The notes below the pieces were generated by a model. That model worked only from the letters and a program-made list of their open reading frames with translations, made no database searches and was not told the DNA's origin. A DNA stretch of 64,000 bases from a candidate division FCPU426 bacterium (lineage in GTDB: Bacteria > Oederibacteriota > PGYV01 > Palsa-1178): the NCBI GenBank assembly GCA_963840035.1, contig CAWIXE010000003.1:32001-96000 (forward strand), written 5' to 3'. A program made the translations under genes and the position numbers. Positions 37,990 to 46,758 of the stretch are shown one piece after another (position 1 is the first letter of the stretch; the number at the start of each line of letters is the position of its first letter).

Positions 37990-38808
37990 TTGAGCTACGA
38001 GCAATTCTACGGCCTTACAGAACAGCCCTTTTCAAATTCCCCTGATTCGCGTTTTTTCTTTGAAAGCGAGCCGCACGTTGAGGCTTTGACGCGCATCATG
38101 CACGCGGCCGAGACCATGAAGGGCCTTGTGGTTATGGTGGGGGATATAGGCACGGGGAAAACAACTCTGGCGAGGATGGCCCTGGAAAAGCTCGGGGCGG
38201 ACGATAAATTCGTGGAGTCCCTGCTTGTAATGGTGCATTCCGAAATAAGCGCTTCATGGCTCCTTCGCAGGCTTGCCATACAGATAGGCATAGAAAACCC
38301 GGCTGAAGGAAAAGAAAAGCTTATCCCGCAGCTCTACAGCAGGTTAATCGACCTGCATGACGCCGGCAAGAAGGCAGTGGTCATCATAGACGAAGCGAAT
38401 ATGATCACAAAAAAAGAGGTCTTTGAGGAATTCCGCGGGCTCATGAACCTGGAAGTCCCGGGCTCAAAGCTGATAACGCTTGTGTTAGTCGGCATGCCGG
38501 AGCTTAAGCAGAATATCGCCCTGGACCCGCCGCTGCAGCAGAGGATTGCCATACAGTTTGAACTTAAAAGACTTGATAAGGATACTTCAATCAGGTATAT
38601 AAACCACAGGATGAAGATTGCCGGAGCGCAGAAAAAAATATTTTCCGACATGGCCCTTGAAAATGTGTATGATTACTCAAAAGGCACACCAAGGCTGATC
38701 AATACCATATGCGATAACGCCCTGCTCGAAGGGTTTTTAATGAAACGGGATATGATAGATATAGCTGTCGTGGATAATGTGGTTTCGGACTTAGGGCTGA
38801 CAAAATAA
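37990..38808 (+). CDS. ExeA/GspA-family AAA ATPase
   Basis: YEQFYGLTEQPFS..PD, GDIGTGKT, IIDEA, LVGMPEL, GTPRLINTICDNAL; TTG start with GAGG RBS. Confidence 0.9.
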   Translation: MSYEQFYGLTEQPFSNSPDSRFFFESEPHVEALTRIMHAAETMKGLVVMVGDIGTGKTTLARMALEKLGADDKFVESLLVMVHSEISASWLLRRLAIQIGIENPAEGKEKLIPQLYSRLIDLHDAGKKAVVIIDEANMITKKEVFEEFRGLMNLEVPGSKLITLVLVGMPELKQNIALDPPLQQRIAIQFELKRLDKDTSIRYINHRMKIAGAQKKIFSDMALENVYDYSKGTPRLINTICDNALLEGFLMKRDMIDIAVVDNVVSDLGLTK

Positions 38809-38878
38809 AGCCCAAAGTTCAGAGCCCAAAGCCCAAAAGGGGGACTTCCCTTGGGCTCTGGGCCCTGGGCTTTGGACT
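38809..38878. repeat. Inverted tandem-heptamer element (AGCCCAA unit, 4+4)
   Basis: agcccaa agttcag agcccaa agcccaa ... ttgggct ctgggcc ctgggct ttggact. Confidence 0.8.
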
Positions 38879-38893
38879 ATAAGGGGTGGATTT

Positions 38894-39715
38894 ATGAAGA
38901 TCGGTCTCGCGCTCGGCGGCGGTGTTGTGTACGGCTACGCTCACATAGGCGTTTTAAAGGTCCTGGAAGCTAACGGCATAAAACCTGATATTATTTCCGG
39001 AACATCGATAGGTTCGCTCATGGGCGGAATGTACGCTTCAGGGATGTCCCTTGCCGAGCTGGAAAAACTTGCCCGCGATTTCAAATGGCAGGAAGTGATG
39101 AATGTTACGCTGCCCACGGAAGGGCTCATATCAATTGAAAAACTTAAGACATACGCGGATAAGCACGCGAAAAAGCAAAACATAGAGGATTTCCCCATAA
39201 AGTTTTCGGCTATGGCGACGAACCTGCTGGACGGAAAAGAAAGGGTCTTTGACGAAGGCTCTCTAGGCGATGCCGTGCGCGCGTCATGCAGCCTGCCCGG
39301 AATATTTACCCCGGCTATTTATGACGACGGCGTATATGTCGACGGGGGACTTACAAATAACGTGCCCATAAGCGCGGCAAAAAAGGCCGGGGCTGATTTT
39401 ATAATAGCCGTGGACATCACGGCAAGGGCTAAGTCAAACGTAATTAAAAATCACGATATATTCAACATAGTCTGGCAGAGTTTTATGCTTATGATACAGG
39501 ACAATACCGTGGTAAAAGCATATAAAGACGCTGATTTTGTCATACAGCCGGATATTAAGTCCTTCAGCCCGTTTGATTTGTCAGCCATGGACAGGCTCAT
39601 TAAGAAAGGCGAAGAAGCCGCGGAAAAGGAAATAGGCAATATCCTGGCAAAAATAAAGGAAAAAGGGTCGCTTTTGGGCAAGGTTAAGGACATGCTTAAA
39701 AAGGAAATAACCTGA
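38894..39715 (+). CDS. Patatin-like phospholipase (RssA/NTE family)
   Basis: LALGGG...AHIGV, GTSIG, ASCSLPG, VDGG. Confidence 0.92.
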   Translation: MKIGLALGGGVVYGYAHIGVLKVLEANGIKPDIISGTSIGSLMGGMYASGMSLAELEKLARDFKWQEVMNVTLPTEGLISIEKLKTYADKHAKKQNIEDFPIKFSAMATNLLDGKERVFDEGSLGDAVRASCSLPGIFTPAIYDDGVYVDGGLTNNVPISAAKKAGADFIIAVDITARAKSNVIKNHDIFNIVWQSFMLMIQDNTVVKAYKDADFVIQPDIKSFSPFDLSAMDRLIKKGEEAAEKEIGNILAKIKEKGSLLGKVKDMLKKEIT

Positions 39716-39819
39716 TTAATAGACAATTGGCAATAATCAATCGTTTATGATTGCAACCCGGCAACGGTTTTAGCGTTATATTTGTGCCGGGAACGGCGTT
39801 TTGAAAGGCATTATTTCCG

Positions 39820-39848
39820 TTGACATAATAGCGGAAAATTAATATAAT
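39820..39848 (+). promoter_or_regulatory. sigma70 promoter of tRNA-Gly
   Basis: Perfect TTGACA-N17-TATAAT. Confidence 0.8.
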
Positions 39849-39867
39849 AAAAACCGCTTTTTATGAT

Positions 39868-39942
39868 GCGGGAATAGCTCAGTGGTAGAGCGACTCGTTG
39901 CCAACGAGTAGGTCGCCGGTTCAAGCCCGGTTTCCCGCTCCA
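39868..39942 (+). tRNA. tRNA-Gly (GCC)
   Basis: Cloverleaf: GCGGGAA/TTCCCGC acceptor, ACTCG-TTGCCAA-CGAGT anticodon arm, TTCAA T-loop, encoded CCA. Confidence 0.97.
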
Positions 39943-39986
39943 TTTACACTTAAAGGGATATTGAAATATATAAGGAGGTCAGATAA

Positions 39987-40805
39987 ATGCTTAAGAGATT
40001 CAATGTACTGGTTTTTGTAGCGGCATTTTTTGCTCTGTTTTTTGTCCTCACAGCAGTATCAGTCGGCGAGGATTTTGCGTTACCGCCTCCGCCGGACGCG
40101 AATGAAGATTTAGTTCCCCCTCCGCCGGGTGATTCCGGCATGGCAATGGGCGGGGATGAAATGCCTCCGCCTCCGGGCGAGGATACAGGCGCACTGCCTC
40201 CGCCTCCGGGAGATGATTCCGGCGCGCTCCCTCCGCCTCCGGGCGAAGAAGCAAGCTCTGACATGCCGCCGCCTCCTGGCGATGAAATGTCAGGCGACAG
40301 CGCAATGCCTCCGCCTCCGGGCGAGGAAGCAAGCTCTGACATGCCTCCGCCTCCGGGCGAAGAAGCCTCTGGCGAAGTACCTCCTCCTCCGGGAGAAGAA
40401 GCAAGCTCGGACATGCCTCCGCCTCCGGGCGAAGAAACAGCTGAAGCTCCGCCTGCTGAAGAAGAAGCAGTAGCAGCGCCCGCTGAAGAAGAAGAACCCG
40501 CAAAAGTCGTAAAGACAGCGTCAGTTAAAGCCGGATCTTCCAAGTACTCCGTAAAAAGCGGGGACAGCCTCTGGAGGATATCGGGCAAAGACAGCATATT
40601 CGGCGATTCATTCAGGTGGCCGCTTTTATTTAAAGCCAATAGGGCATCCATCGAGGACCCGGATTTAATTTACCCGAGACAGGCTCTTAAAGTCTCAAAG
40701 AATTTCTCGGATGAAGAAGTTGAAGACGCAATCGGAAAAGCGAAAGAAACACCGCTCTATGAGCCGCACTCCGAGCCGAGGAAGAAACTCCCGATAAAGT
40801 ATTAA
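39987..40805 (+). CDS. Exported LysM protein with acidic PPPPG repeats
   Basis: Signal peptide; about ten PPPP(G) units; YSVKSGDSLWRIS...WPLLFKAN...IEDPDLIYPRQ LysM domain. Confidence 0.88.
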   Translation: MLKRFNVLVFVAAFFALFFVLTAVSVGEDFALPPPPDANEDLVPPPPGDSGMAMGGDEMPPPPGEDTGALPPPPGDDSGALPPPPGEEASSDMPPPPGDEMSGDSAMPPPPGEEASSDMPPPPGEEASGEVPPPPGEEASSDMPPPPGEETAEAPPAEEEAVAAPAEEEEPAKVVKTASVKAGSSKYSVKSGDSLWRISGKDSIFGDSFRWPLLFKANRASIEDPDLIYPRQALKVSKNFSDEEVEDAIGKAKETPLYEPHSEPRKKLPIKY

Positions 40806-40824
40806 TTGAACGTCTGAAATATAA

Positions 40825-40863
40825 GGCCCCCGGTTTCCAAAAGAGACCGGGGGCTTTTTCTTT
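40825..40863 (+). terminator. Rho-independent terminator
   Basis: gcccccggtttc-caaaa-gagaccgggggc followed by tttttctttt. Confidence 0.85.
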
Positions 40864-40930
40864 ATAAGGCAGCTGAAAACTTAAAACTGAAAATTTAAAA
40901 TGAGGACAAACAAATAAGGCGGTTGTTTAT

Positions 40931-41356
40931 ATGCGTTTATGGTCGCTTCACCCGAAATACCTCGACCCTGCCGGGCTTGTGGCGCTTTGGCGTGAGGGGC
41001 TGCTGGCAAAGAAGGTCCTGGAAGGCAAAACCCGCGGATACAGGAACCATCCGCAGCTCCTGAGATTTAAGGCTTCAAAAAATCCGCTTAAAGCGGTCAA
41101 TGCGTATCTTGGCGCCGTGCTTGAGGAGTCGGTTGCCAGGGGTTATAAATTTGACGGCGGCAAGATCAGGCGTATAAAATCCCTAAGGCTCATTAAAGTC
41201 ACAAAAGGCCAGGTAAAATATGAAACACAGCACCTCAGGAAAAAGCTAAAAAAAAGGAATATGGATTTTTATGCGGGGCTCAAAGGCACAAATGTGCCAT
41301 GTGTAAATCCGGTTTTTATCATGGTCAACGGTAAAAAGGAAAACTGGGAAAAATAA
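40931..41356 (+). CDS. Pyrimidine dimer DNA glycosylase / T4 endonuclease V-like protein
   Basis: MRLWSLHPKYLD...LVALWREGLLA...GYRNHPQL. Confidence 0.88.
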   Translation: MRLWSLHPKYLDPAGLVALWREGLLAKKVLEGKTRGYRNHPQLLRFKASKNPLKAVNAYLGAVLEESVARGYKFDGGKIRRIKSLRLIKVTKGQVKYETQHLRKKLKKRNMDFYAGLKGTNVPCVNPVFIMVNGKKENWEK

Positions 41357-41403
41357 GGCACAGCCGGAACCATCACCTTAAGATATTTATATTACAAATA
41401 AAT

Positions 41404-41432
41404 TTGACAACATTAAAATCATATGCTATATA
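41404..41432 (+). promoter_or_regulatory. sigma70-type promoter
   Basis: TTGACA-N17-TATATA with extended TG. Confidence 0.55.
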
Positions 41433-41725
41433 TTCATTCGGGTGATGAAATTCAAAACAACAGGTGCTTTTAATATCGCTGAAACAGGGCTTTAACAGGG
41501 CGGGTAAAAGACTAAATAATACGGCTTAAATATGGAAAACTTACTGTGAAACGGATTAAATCATAAAAAAACCCTGCTTTAAATCTAAATAACCGCGCTT
41601 AAATCATTTTGCCCATTACATCGCCATTATTTTATTCTTTGTATTTGCCGGTTTGTGAAAAATTAAAAAATATGATTTTTTAATTTTTATGTATTTTGTT
41701 TTTAACGGCTAAGGGGGCGGATTTA

Positions 41726-41902
41726 ATGAAAGAAAAATGGCGTCACAGGGAGATGGAAAAGTGTAATAGGAAGGAAAATAAAAGGAAAAAGAGCAAAAGG
41801 GATTTTGCCCAATATGACGCTTATGACCTGGAAGAGGGTTTGTATGGGACAAACCCGGATGCGGACGCCATGGATGGAGGGATGGAAGAACGGGGCTTAT
41901 GA
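41726..41902 (+). CDS. Small hypothetical protein (basic N-half, acidic C-half)
   Basis: G-rich RBS; ATGA overlap with the next ORF. Confidence 0.45.
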   Translation: MKEKWRHREMEKCNRKENKRKKSKRDFAQYDAYDLEEGLYGTNPDADAMDGGMEERGL

Positions 41903-41967
41903 ACATCTTTAATGCGTTAATCAGCGCTTCCGCGGGCATCGCGGCTAAAAAACGGAGGGATCTATGA
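41899..41967 (+). CDS. Putative 22-aa peptide MNIFNALISASAGIAAKKRRDL
   Basis: ATGA overlaps at both ends; below the ORF-track cutoff. Confidence 0.3.
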   Translation: MNIFNALISASAGIAAKKRRDL

Positions 41968-42149
41968 AAACGAAAAAGAAAGAGAAAGAGGGCAGGGGAA
42001 AGGAACTTAACACGAAACAAAGGAATGTGGAAAGGGCGTCGGATTACATGAATTATAAGATAGGCCAGGAAGACGATATTTTTGTGCGGCTTCATATGAT
42101 ACTGGGGACCTCGAAAAAAGAACTGCGCAGCATGCTGGATAAATTTTAG
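41964..42149 (+). CDS. Small hypothetical protein
   Basis: GGAGG RBS, ATGA coupling, followed by a hairpin. Confidence 0.5.
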   Translation: MKTKKKEKEGRGKELNTKQRNVERASDYMNYKIGQEDDIFVRLHMILGTSKKELRSMLDKF

Positions 42150-42188
42150 GCCCTTATAAACCGGAAAAAGCAGGACAGCCTGAGAAGG

Positions 42189-42245
42189 CGGGATTATATA
42201 TAAAAACCGGCGGATAGCCTCCGTCCGTTTATATATATAATCCTG
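42189..42245. terminator. Long hairpin between convergent genes
   Basis: ggattatatata...cggcgga-tagcc-tccgtccg...tatatataatcc. Confidence 0.6.
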
Positions 42246-42253
42246 AACTGTTT

Positions 42254-44767
42254 TTACTGGTACCTGTAGACCTGCATGGATCCGGAGCTGTCGTTATACG
42301 CGGCGTAAGGAAAACCGCCGGAATATGTTATAAAGGGATATGTCCCGGTAGTCGGCGTAAACGACGAGTCGGAATTGATGAAAATCCACGATGTGCCGTT
42401 AAATTTCCGCACAGCCCCCTTTGATGTGCCAAGAACAAGGTATGACACATAAACTTCATTGTACGCTACGGCTTTTATGGTGTTGTACCTGGATGCGACC
42501 ACTGACGGGAAGGAAGGCACCCCCAGGTCAACCCATGAAGACCCGTTCCACATGTGCACGACAGCCGCATTTGAGGAAACATTATATATGACATAAACGT
42601 GCGATGAATCAACCACGCTTATATCTATGTTTGAGCCTGTATCAGAGGGTTCGTAAGACACAAAACCGCCGCCTAAGTCAGCCCAGGCAGACGCCCCGTT
42701 TTTCCACATGACGCGGGGCCTGTTTCCGTCAGAGGCATCCACATACGCCACATAAAGTTTAAGCGAACCGTCATTATACCCGTCCATTGCCACTGAGGTA
42801 TACCCGTCCATCCTGGTGGGAGGGGTGAAATCAGCCGCCCCGTAGTTGACCCAGCCGGAGCTGTATGTTTTTACAGTTATGCTGTTTCCCTGAGTGGAGT
42901 CTGCATAAGCAACATATGGCGTATCACCGTCGGTGAAAATGCACGGCATTGAGCCGAACCCGAGGGAAGACCCGTATGTGGATGTCAGGTCGGAGCTCCT
43001 CCTGACATATATGGCGTCAGAGGTGTTGTCCGCGTAAGTTATGTAATCATATGTGGAGCCCTTTGCAAGCCATCTGTGGCCCATGGAGGACGCCTTCAGA
43101 GAGCAGTTTGCCGACCCCGCGTTGACATAAGCTGTCACGCTTTTAATAAAACCGGATGAAATCCCGGAACCGTCTGATGCAAGCACCGCGTTTGAGGCGG
43201 CTGACTGGGAGCCTGACGACTGGTAAACCCATGAGCCTAATGTGGGCTGGGTTGTGGGAGTTGTGGTCATGGTGGGGCTGTTCGTGGGCGTCGGCGAATT
43301 GGTAAACGTGCATGTGGGCGTCATGGCTATGGCTTCAAGTTTCAGGCTGTAACCGTAAGAGATAGAACCCGATACGGCTATATAAACCGGGCCGGGGGTC
43401 CTGACGTCGCGTATTATAGTGGTTGTACCCGGGGTGCTTTCATCCCTGGTATTTCCTCCGGAAAAATTAATGTAATAATATGACAGGGGGTCGCCCCACG
43501 CTGAAGCGGTGAGCACTTCATCACCCGGGGAATTATAAACCACATAATCATCGTCTGCTTCAGGCCATATAGAATGCGGCTGGGTCTCCCCGGCCGCAAT
43601 TGCTTTTGCTGAAGCTGTGTCATCATCCTGCTCATACGCGTCCTCAACGGGTTTTTCCGTGGGCGTGGCGGATGCCGTGGCTGAAGCGGTTATGGTTGAT
43701 GTCGGTGTGTGCGTGAAGTAAGTTACACTGTAAGAAAGGGTGTAACCGACAGGGACCGAAGGCTGCGTGTTTTCCAGGCGCAGATAGTAGTCGTCAGTGA
43801 CATTTGCCGCATCATGGTAAAGGTCATAAGTTGCCTGCACCTGCCCCGAGGAATAGTCATTTACAATCGGGATAAGCCCAAAAGGGTTGTGCGCGTAAGA
43901 AAGGTAGAGCGCGACATTTTCACATGAGGCGGTGCCGGCAGCGGTAATTGTCACCCTTCCCGGCGAATCCATGTGGAATATGAGCCAGTCGCGTTCGTCT
44001 GATTCGGGAAATAGAGTGTGCGCCTGCGGGCTGCCCGCGATAAGTGTTTTTGCTTCGGAATACCCATCATCAGGTTCATACGCGTCAGAGGCCCATTGAG
44101 TTTGCGTTATTGTCGGGGTCAGTGTAGTTGTGGATGAGATTGTATTGGTCTGTGTAGGGGTATGTGTGCCTGAAACACCAGGAGTGTTTGTTTCTGTCAC
44201 GCTTTCAGTCGGGCTCACTGTCTGGCTTAAGGTAAAAGTTTCAGTCGGAACCCCGGCAGCTGCGATATTAATTGAGAGGGTGTAAATAAAAGTATCGCAC
44301 CCTGGCGACGCGTAATTCCACGCGCGCGTGTTTCCATAATAGGTTCCCGGGTTTAAGCCTGTCACTGTCGATGATATCGGCGTAGTGCCGTCGCCGCCGA
44401 AGAGCGCGCCGTTGGCGGTATGCGTGACAGCGCCGTCATAGCTTTCCAGGTACATGGGTTTTGTGCTGGTCACGTCAATTGTCACGTCTGAAATTTCAGT
44501 AAGGGTAAAATAAAACCAGTCATCCTGGTTGCAGTCATGTATGGTTTTGTTCTGGGGGACTCCGGAGGTTATGGGTTTTGCCTGGGCCGGGATATCATCG
44601 GGTTCGTAAGCGTCAGGGAGAGGGTAAGTCGGGGTAATAGTGGGGCTGTTATAAGGCGGAGGCGGAGTGGGCGAAGAAGGTGATGATTTCGGCCCGCAGG
44701 ATACTATAAGGGCTAAGGATATTATTACTGCGATTGCGATGATGATATGGTTTTGAAATTTATTCAC
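42254..44767 (-). CDS. Large surface lipoprotein: three DAYExDD (PPC-like) modules, Thr/Pro linkers, C-terminal propeller-like domain
   Basis: Lipobox IVSC; DAYEPDD x2 and DAYEQDD; TPT-rich linkers; GTG start at 44767 chosen from GGGGAG RBS spacing. Confidence 0.75.
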   Translation of the reverse strand: MNKFQNHIIIAIAVIISLALIVSCGPKSSPSSPTPPPPYNSPTITPTYPLPDAYEPDDIPAQAKPITSGVPQNKTIHDCNQDDWFYFTLTEISDVTIDVTSTKPMYLESYDGAVTHTANGALFGGDGTTPISSTVTGLNPGTYYGNTRAWNYASPGCDTFIYTLSINIAAAGVPTETFTLSQTVSPTESVTETNTPGVSGTHTPTQTNTISSTTTLTPTITQTQWASDAYEPDDGYSEAKTLIAGSPQAHTLFPESDERDWLIFHMDSPGRVTITAAGTASCENVALYLSYAHNPFGLIPIVNDYSSGQVQATYDLYHDAANVTDDYYLRLENTQPSVPVGYTLSYSVTYFTHTPTSTITASATASATPTEKPVEDAYEQDDDTASAKAIAAGETQPHSIWPEADDDYVVYNSPGDEVLTASAWGDPLSYYYINFSGGNTRDESTPGTTTIIRDVRTPGPVYIAVSGSISYGYSLKLEAIAMTPTCTFTNSPTPTNSPTMTTTPTTQPTLGSWVYQSSGSQSAASNAVLASDGSGISSGFIKSVTAYVNAGSANCSLKASSMGHRWLAKGSTYDYITYADNTSDAIYVRRSSDLTSTYGSSLGFGSMPCIFTDGDTPYVAYADSTQGNSITVKTYSSGWVNYGAADFTPPTRMDGYTSVAMDGYNDGSLKLYVAYVDASDGNRPRVMWKNGASAWADLGGGFVSYEPSDTGSNIDISVVDSSHVYVIYNVSSNAAVVHMWNGSSWVDLGVPSFPSVVASRYNTIKAVAYNEVYVSYLVLGTSKGAVRKFNGTSWIFINSDSSFTPTTGTYPFITYSGGFPYAAYNDSSGSMQVYRYQ

Positions 44768-45001
44768 AGACACGCTCCCCGGGCAGTTTTGATTGCAAAG
44801 CATACATATTATATAGCATATGATGAAAATTTTCAAATTAATATATGGTTAAAGGCGCGTTTTTAATTTCATTTATTGTATTTACATGCAGGTAAAAAAA
44901 TGTTTAAATTTATCGATGTTACTCGTTTAAATAAAGCAAAAAATGACTTAGGGCAAATAAATGGATAAAACAACAAAAGCAGGCGGCACAGGAGGCGGAG
45001 C

Positions 45002-45757
45002 ATGGGAACATTTTTTAAAAGGCACGGGATACTTTTATACACATCAGTTGTTGTAATTATCTTTATCGGCATAAAGTTTGTGGCGCATCATTTCAGGCTT
45101 GAGTTTATACCTGTTAACCCCATATTAAACAGCCTGATAGCCGGCGCCACATTTATATGCGGGTTTCTTTTAGCCGGCGTGCTGGCAGACTATAAGGAAA
45201 GCGAGAGGGTACCCGCGGAAATACGCGGTTCCATGGAAAACATATGGGAAGAGGCGTCGTCGTTTAAAAAACAGAACCCGCAGTTTGACCTGGAAAAAAC
45301 CAGGGATAATTTAAAGGGAATCTTAAGGGCTTTTTTTGAAGGGATAAAAAAGACTGATTTTAACAGCTGCCTGGGGCTCATAGACTCGCTTTCAGCCAGG
45401 TTTGACGAGATGGCAAAGCTGGGCTTTCTGCCTAACTACGTGGTCAGGCTTAAGGCTGAGCAGGGAAACATACGCAGGATGGTGCTCCGGGTATATCACA
45501 TGCAAAAGACCACATTCCTGCCATCCGCCTACATGCTGGGGGAATCAATGGTTTTCCTGATAGTGATGATACTGCTCTTTGTCAAAACAGAGCCGTACTA
45601 TGAGGGCATATTCCTTTTTACCATAGTATCATACATGTTCATCTATATCACAAAACTCATACGCACGGTAGAGACTCCCTTTAAGGAAGGTGAGGATTCC
45701 ATGGATGAAGTGAGCCACTTTTTAATGCATGACTTTGAGAGTGAGCTTGATAAGTGA
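45002..45757 (+). CDS. Membrane protein (bestrophin/DUF4239-like topology), hypothetical
   Basis: Two TM pairs around a helical soluble domain; DYKESER, ETPF. Confidence 0.6.
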   Translation: MGTFFKRHGILLYTSVVVIIFIGIKFVAHHFRLEFIPVNPILNSLIAGATFICGFLLAGVLADYKESERVPAEIRGSMENIWEEASSFKKQNPQFDLEKTRDNLKGILRAFFEGIKKTDFNSCLGLIDSLSARFDEMAKLGFLPNYVVRLKAEQGNIRRMVLRVYHMQKTTFLPSAYMLGESMVFLIVMILLFVKTEPYYEGIFLFTIVSYMFIYITKLIRTVETPFKEGEDSMDEVSHFLMHDFESELDK

Positions 45758-45762
45758 TAATA

Positions 45763-46668
45763 ATGAAAAATAGAAAATGGCTGTTGTGGGCGGCCCTTTT
45801 CCTGCTTTATACCACGTGGAGTTCCACGTACCTGGCCATACGTGTGGCTGTTAAAACCATACCTCCGCTTGCCATGACATCAATACGTTTTATCGCGGCA
45901 GGCGGGCTCATGCTGCTTATAGCATTCTTAAGGCGCGAGAAAAACCCGTCCCTGAAAGAATGGGCCGCGGGCAGCCTTGTCGGGGTGATACTTTTTCTGG
46001 GCGCGAATGTACTGTTGTGCTACGCGGAGCAAAGCGTCAGCTCCGGAATATCAGCCGTGGCAGTTTCATCAGGTGCCATATGGATATGCCTTTTTTCCGG
46101 TTTCTTCGGCAGGTGGCCGACTAAAATGGAATGGGCCGGTATCGCCCTGGGTTTCGCCGGAATCGCCATACTCGCCACAGGACGGGAAATGAGCGGAAAT
46201 ATACTGGGAACAATACTGCTCATACTTTCGTCTATGGTATGGGCTTTCGGATCGGTCTTAAGCACCCGGCTTCCGGTCCCAAAAGGTTTTATGGGAAGCG
46301 GCGTTGAAATGTCAGCCGGCGGCATCGCAAGCCTGATTGTTGTTATTGTCACGGGCCAGGGGCTCCACTTTAACCCGTCGCGGGAGTCAGTGATTGCCCT
46401 CATATATTTGGTTATAATAGGCGCCATGGTGGGTTTCTCCGCCTTCATGTACGTCTTCCAGAACGCCAGGCCGGCGCTGGCATCGAGCTATTCGTATGTA
46501 AACACTATAGGCGCTGTAATACTGGGCGCCGTTATACTTAAGGAACAGGTCGGAAGCCGCGAGATAGTCGCGATGATTGTTGTAGTGGCAGGGGTTATAG
46601 TCATTGCGCTTGCGGGAATGAAGGCAAAGCCCGGAATAAAAAAGACAGTGCCGGATATCGAAAATTAG
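45763..46668 (+). CDS. EamA/DMT-family transporter (YedA-like)
   Basis: WSSTYLAIR, PPLAM..IRF, SYSYVN; about 10 TMs. Confidence 0.9.
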   Translation: MKNRKWLLWAALFLLYTTWSSTYLAIRVAVKTIPPLAMTSIRFIAAGGLMLLIAFLRREKNPSLKEWAAGSLVGVILFLGANVLLCYAEQSVSSGISAVAVSSGAIWICLFSGFFGRWPTKMEWAGIALGFAGIAILATGREMSGNILGTILLILSSMVWAFGSVLSTRLPVPKGFMGSGVEMSAGGIASLIVVIVTGQGLHFNPSRESVIALIYLVIIGAMVGFSAFMYVFQNARPALASSYSYVNTIGAVILGAVILKEQVGSREIVAMIVVVAGVIVIALAGMKAKPGIKKTVPDIEN

Positions 46669-46758
46669 TCGGTATTTAGTGGAAAAATAGGGGCGTTCTT
46701 TTCTTGACAGAAACCGTCTTTTTGTTAATAATGGATGATATTATTATAATGAGGAAAC

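Noticed and set aside
39950..40651. 233-aa Gly/Ser-rich minus-strand ORF and the alternate-frame ORFs here
   Set aside because: Shadows of the PPPPG repeat in the LysM gene
41440..41620. Cobalamin riboswitch (AGGTGC...AACAGGG start)
   Set aside because: No GGGAA or B12-box (GCCACTG) recognisable and no B12-related gene downstream; an Rfam scan would settle it
39868..44836. Prophage or genomic island integrated at tRNA-Gly
   Set aside because: No integrase and no duplicated tRNA 3' end found in the window
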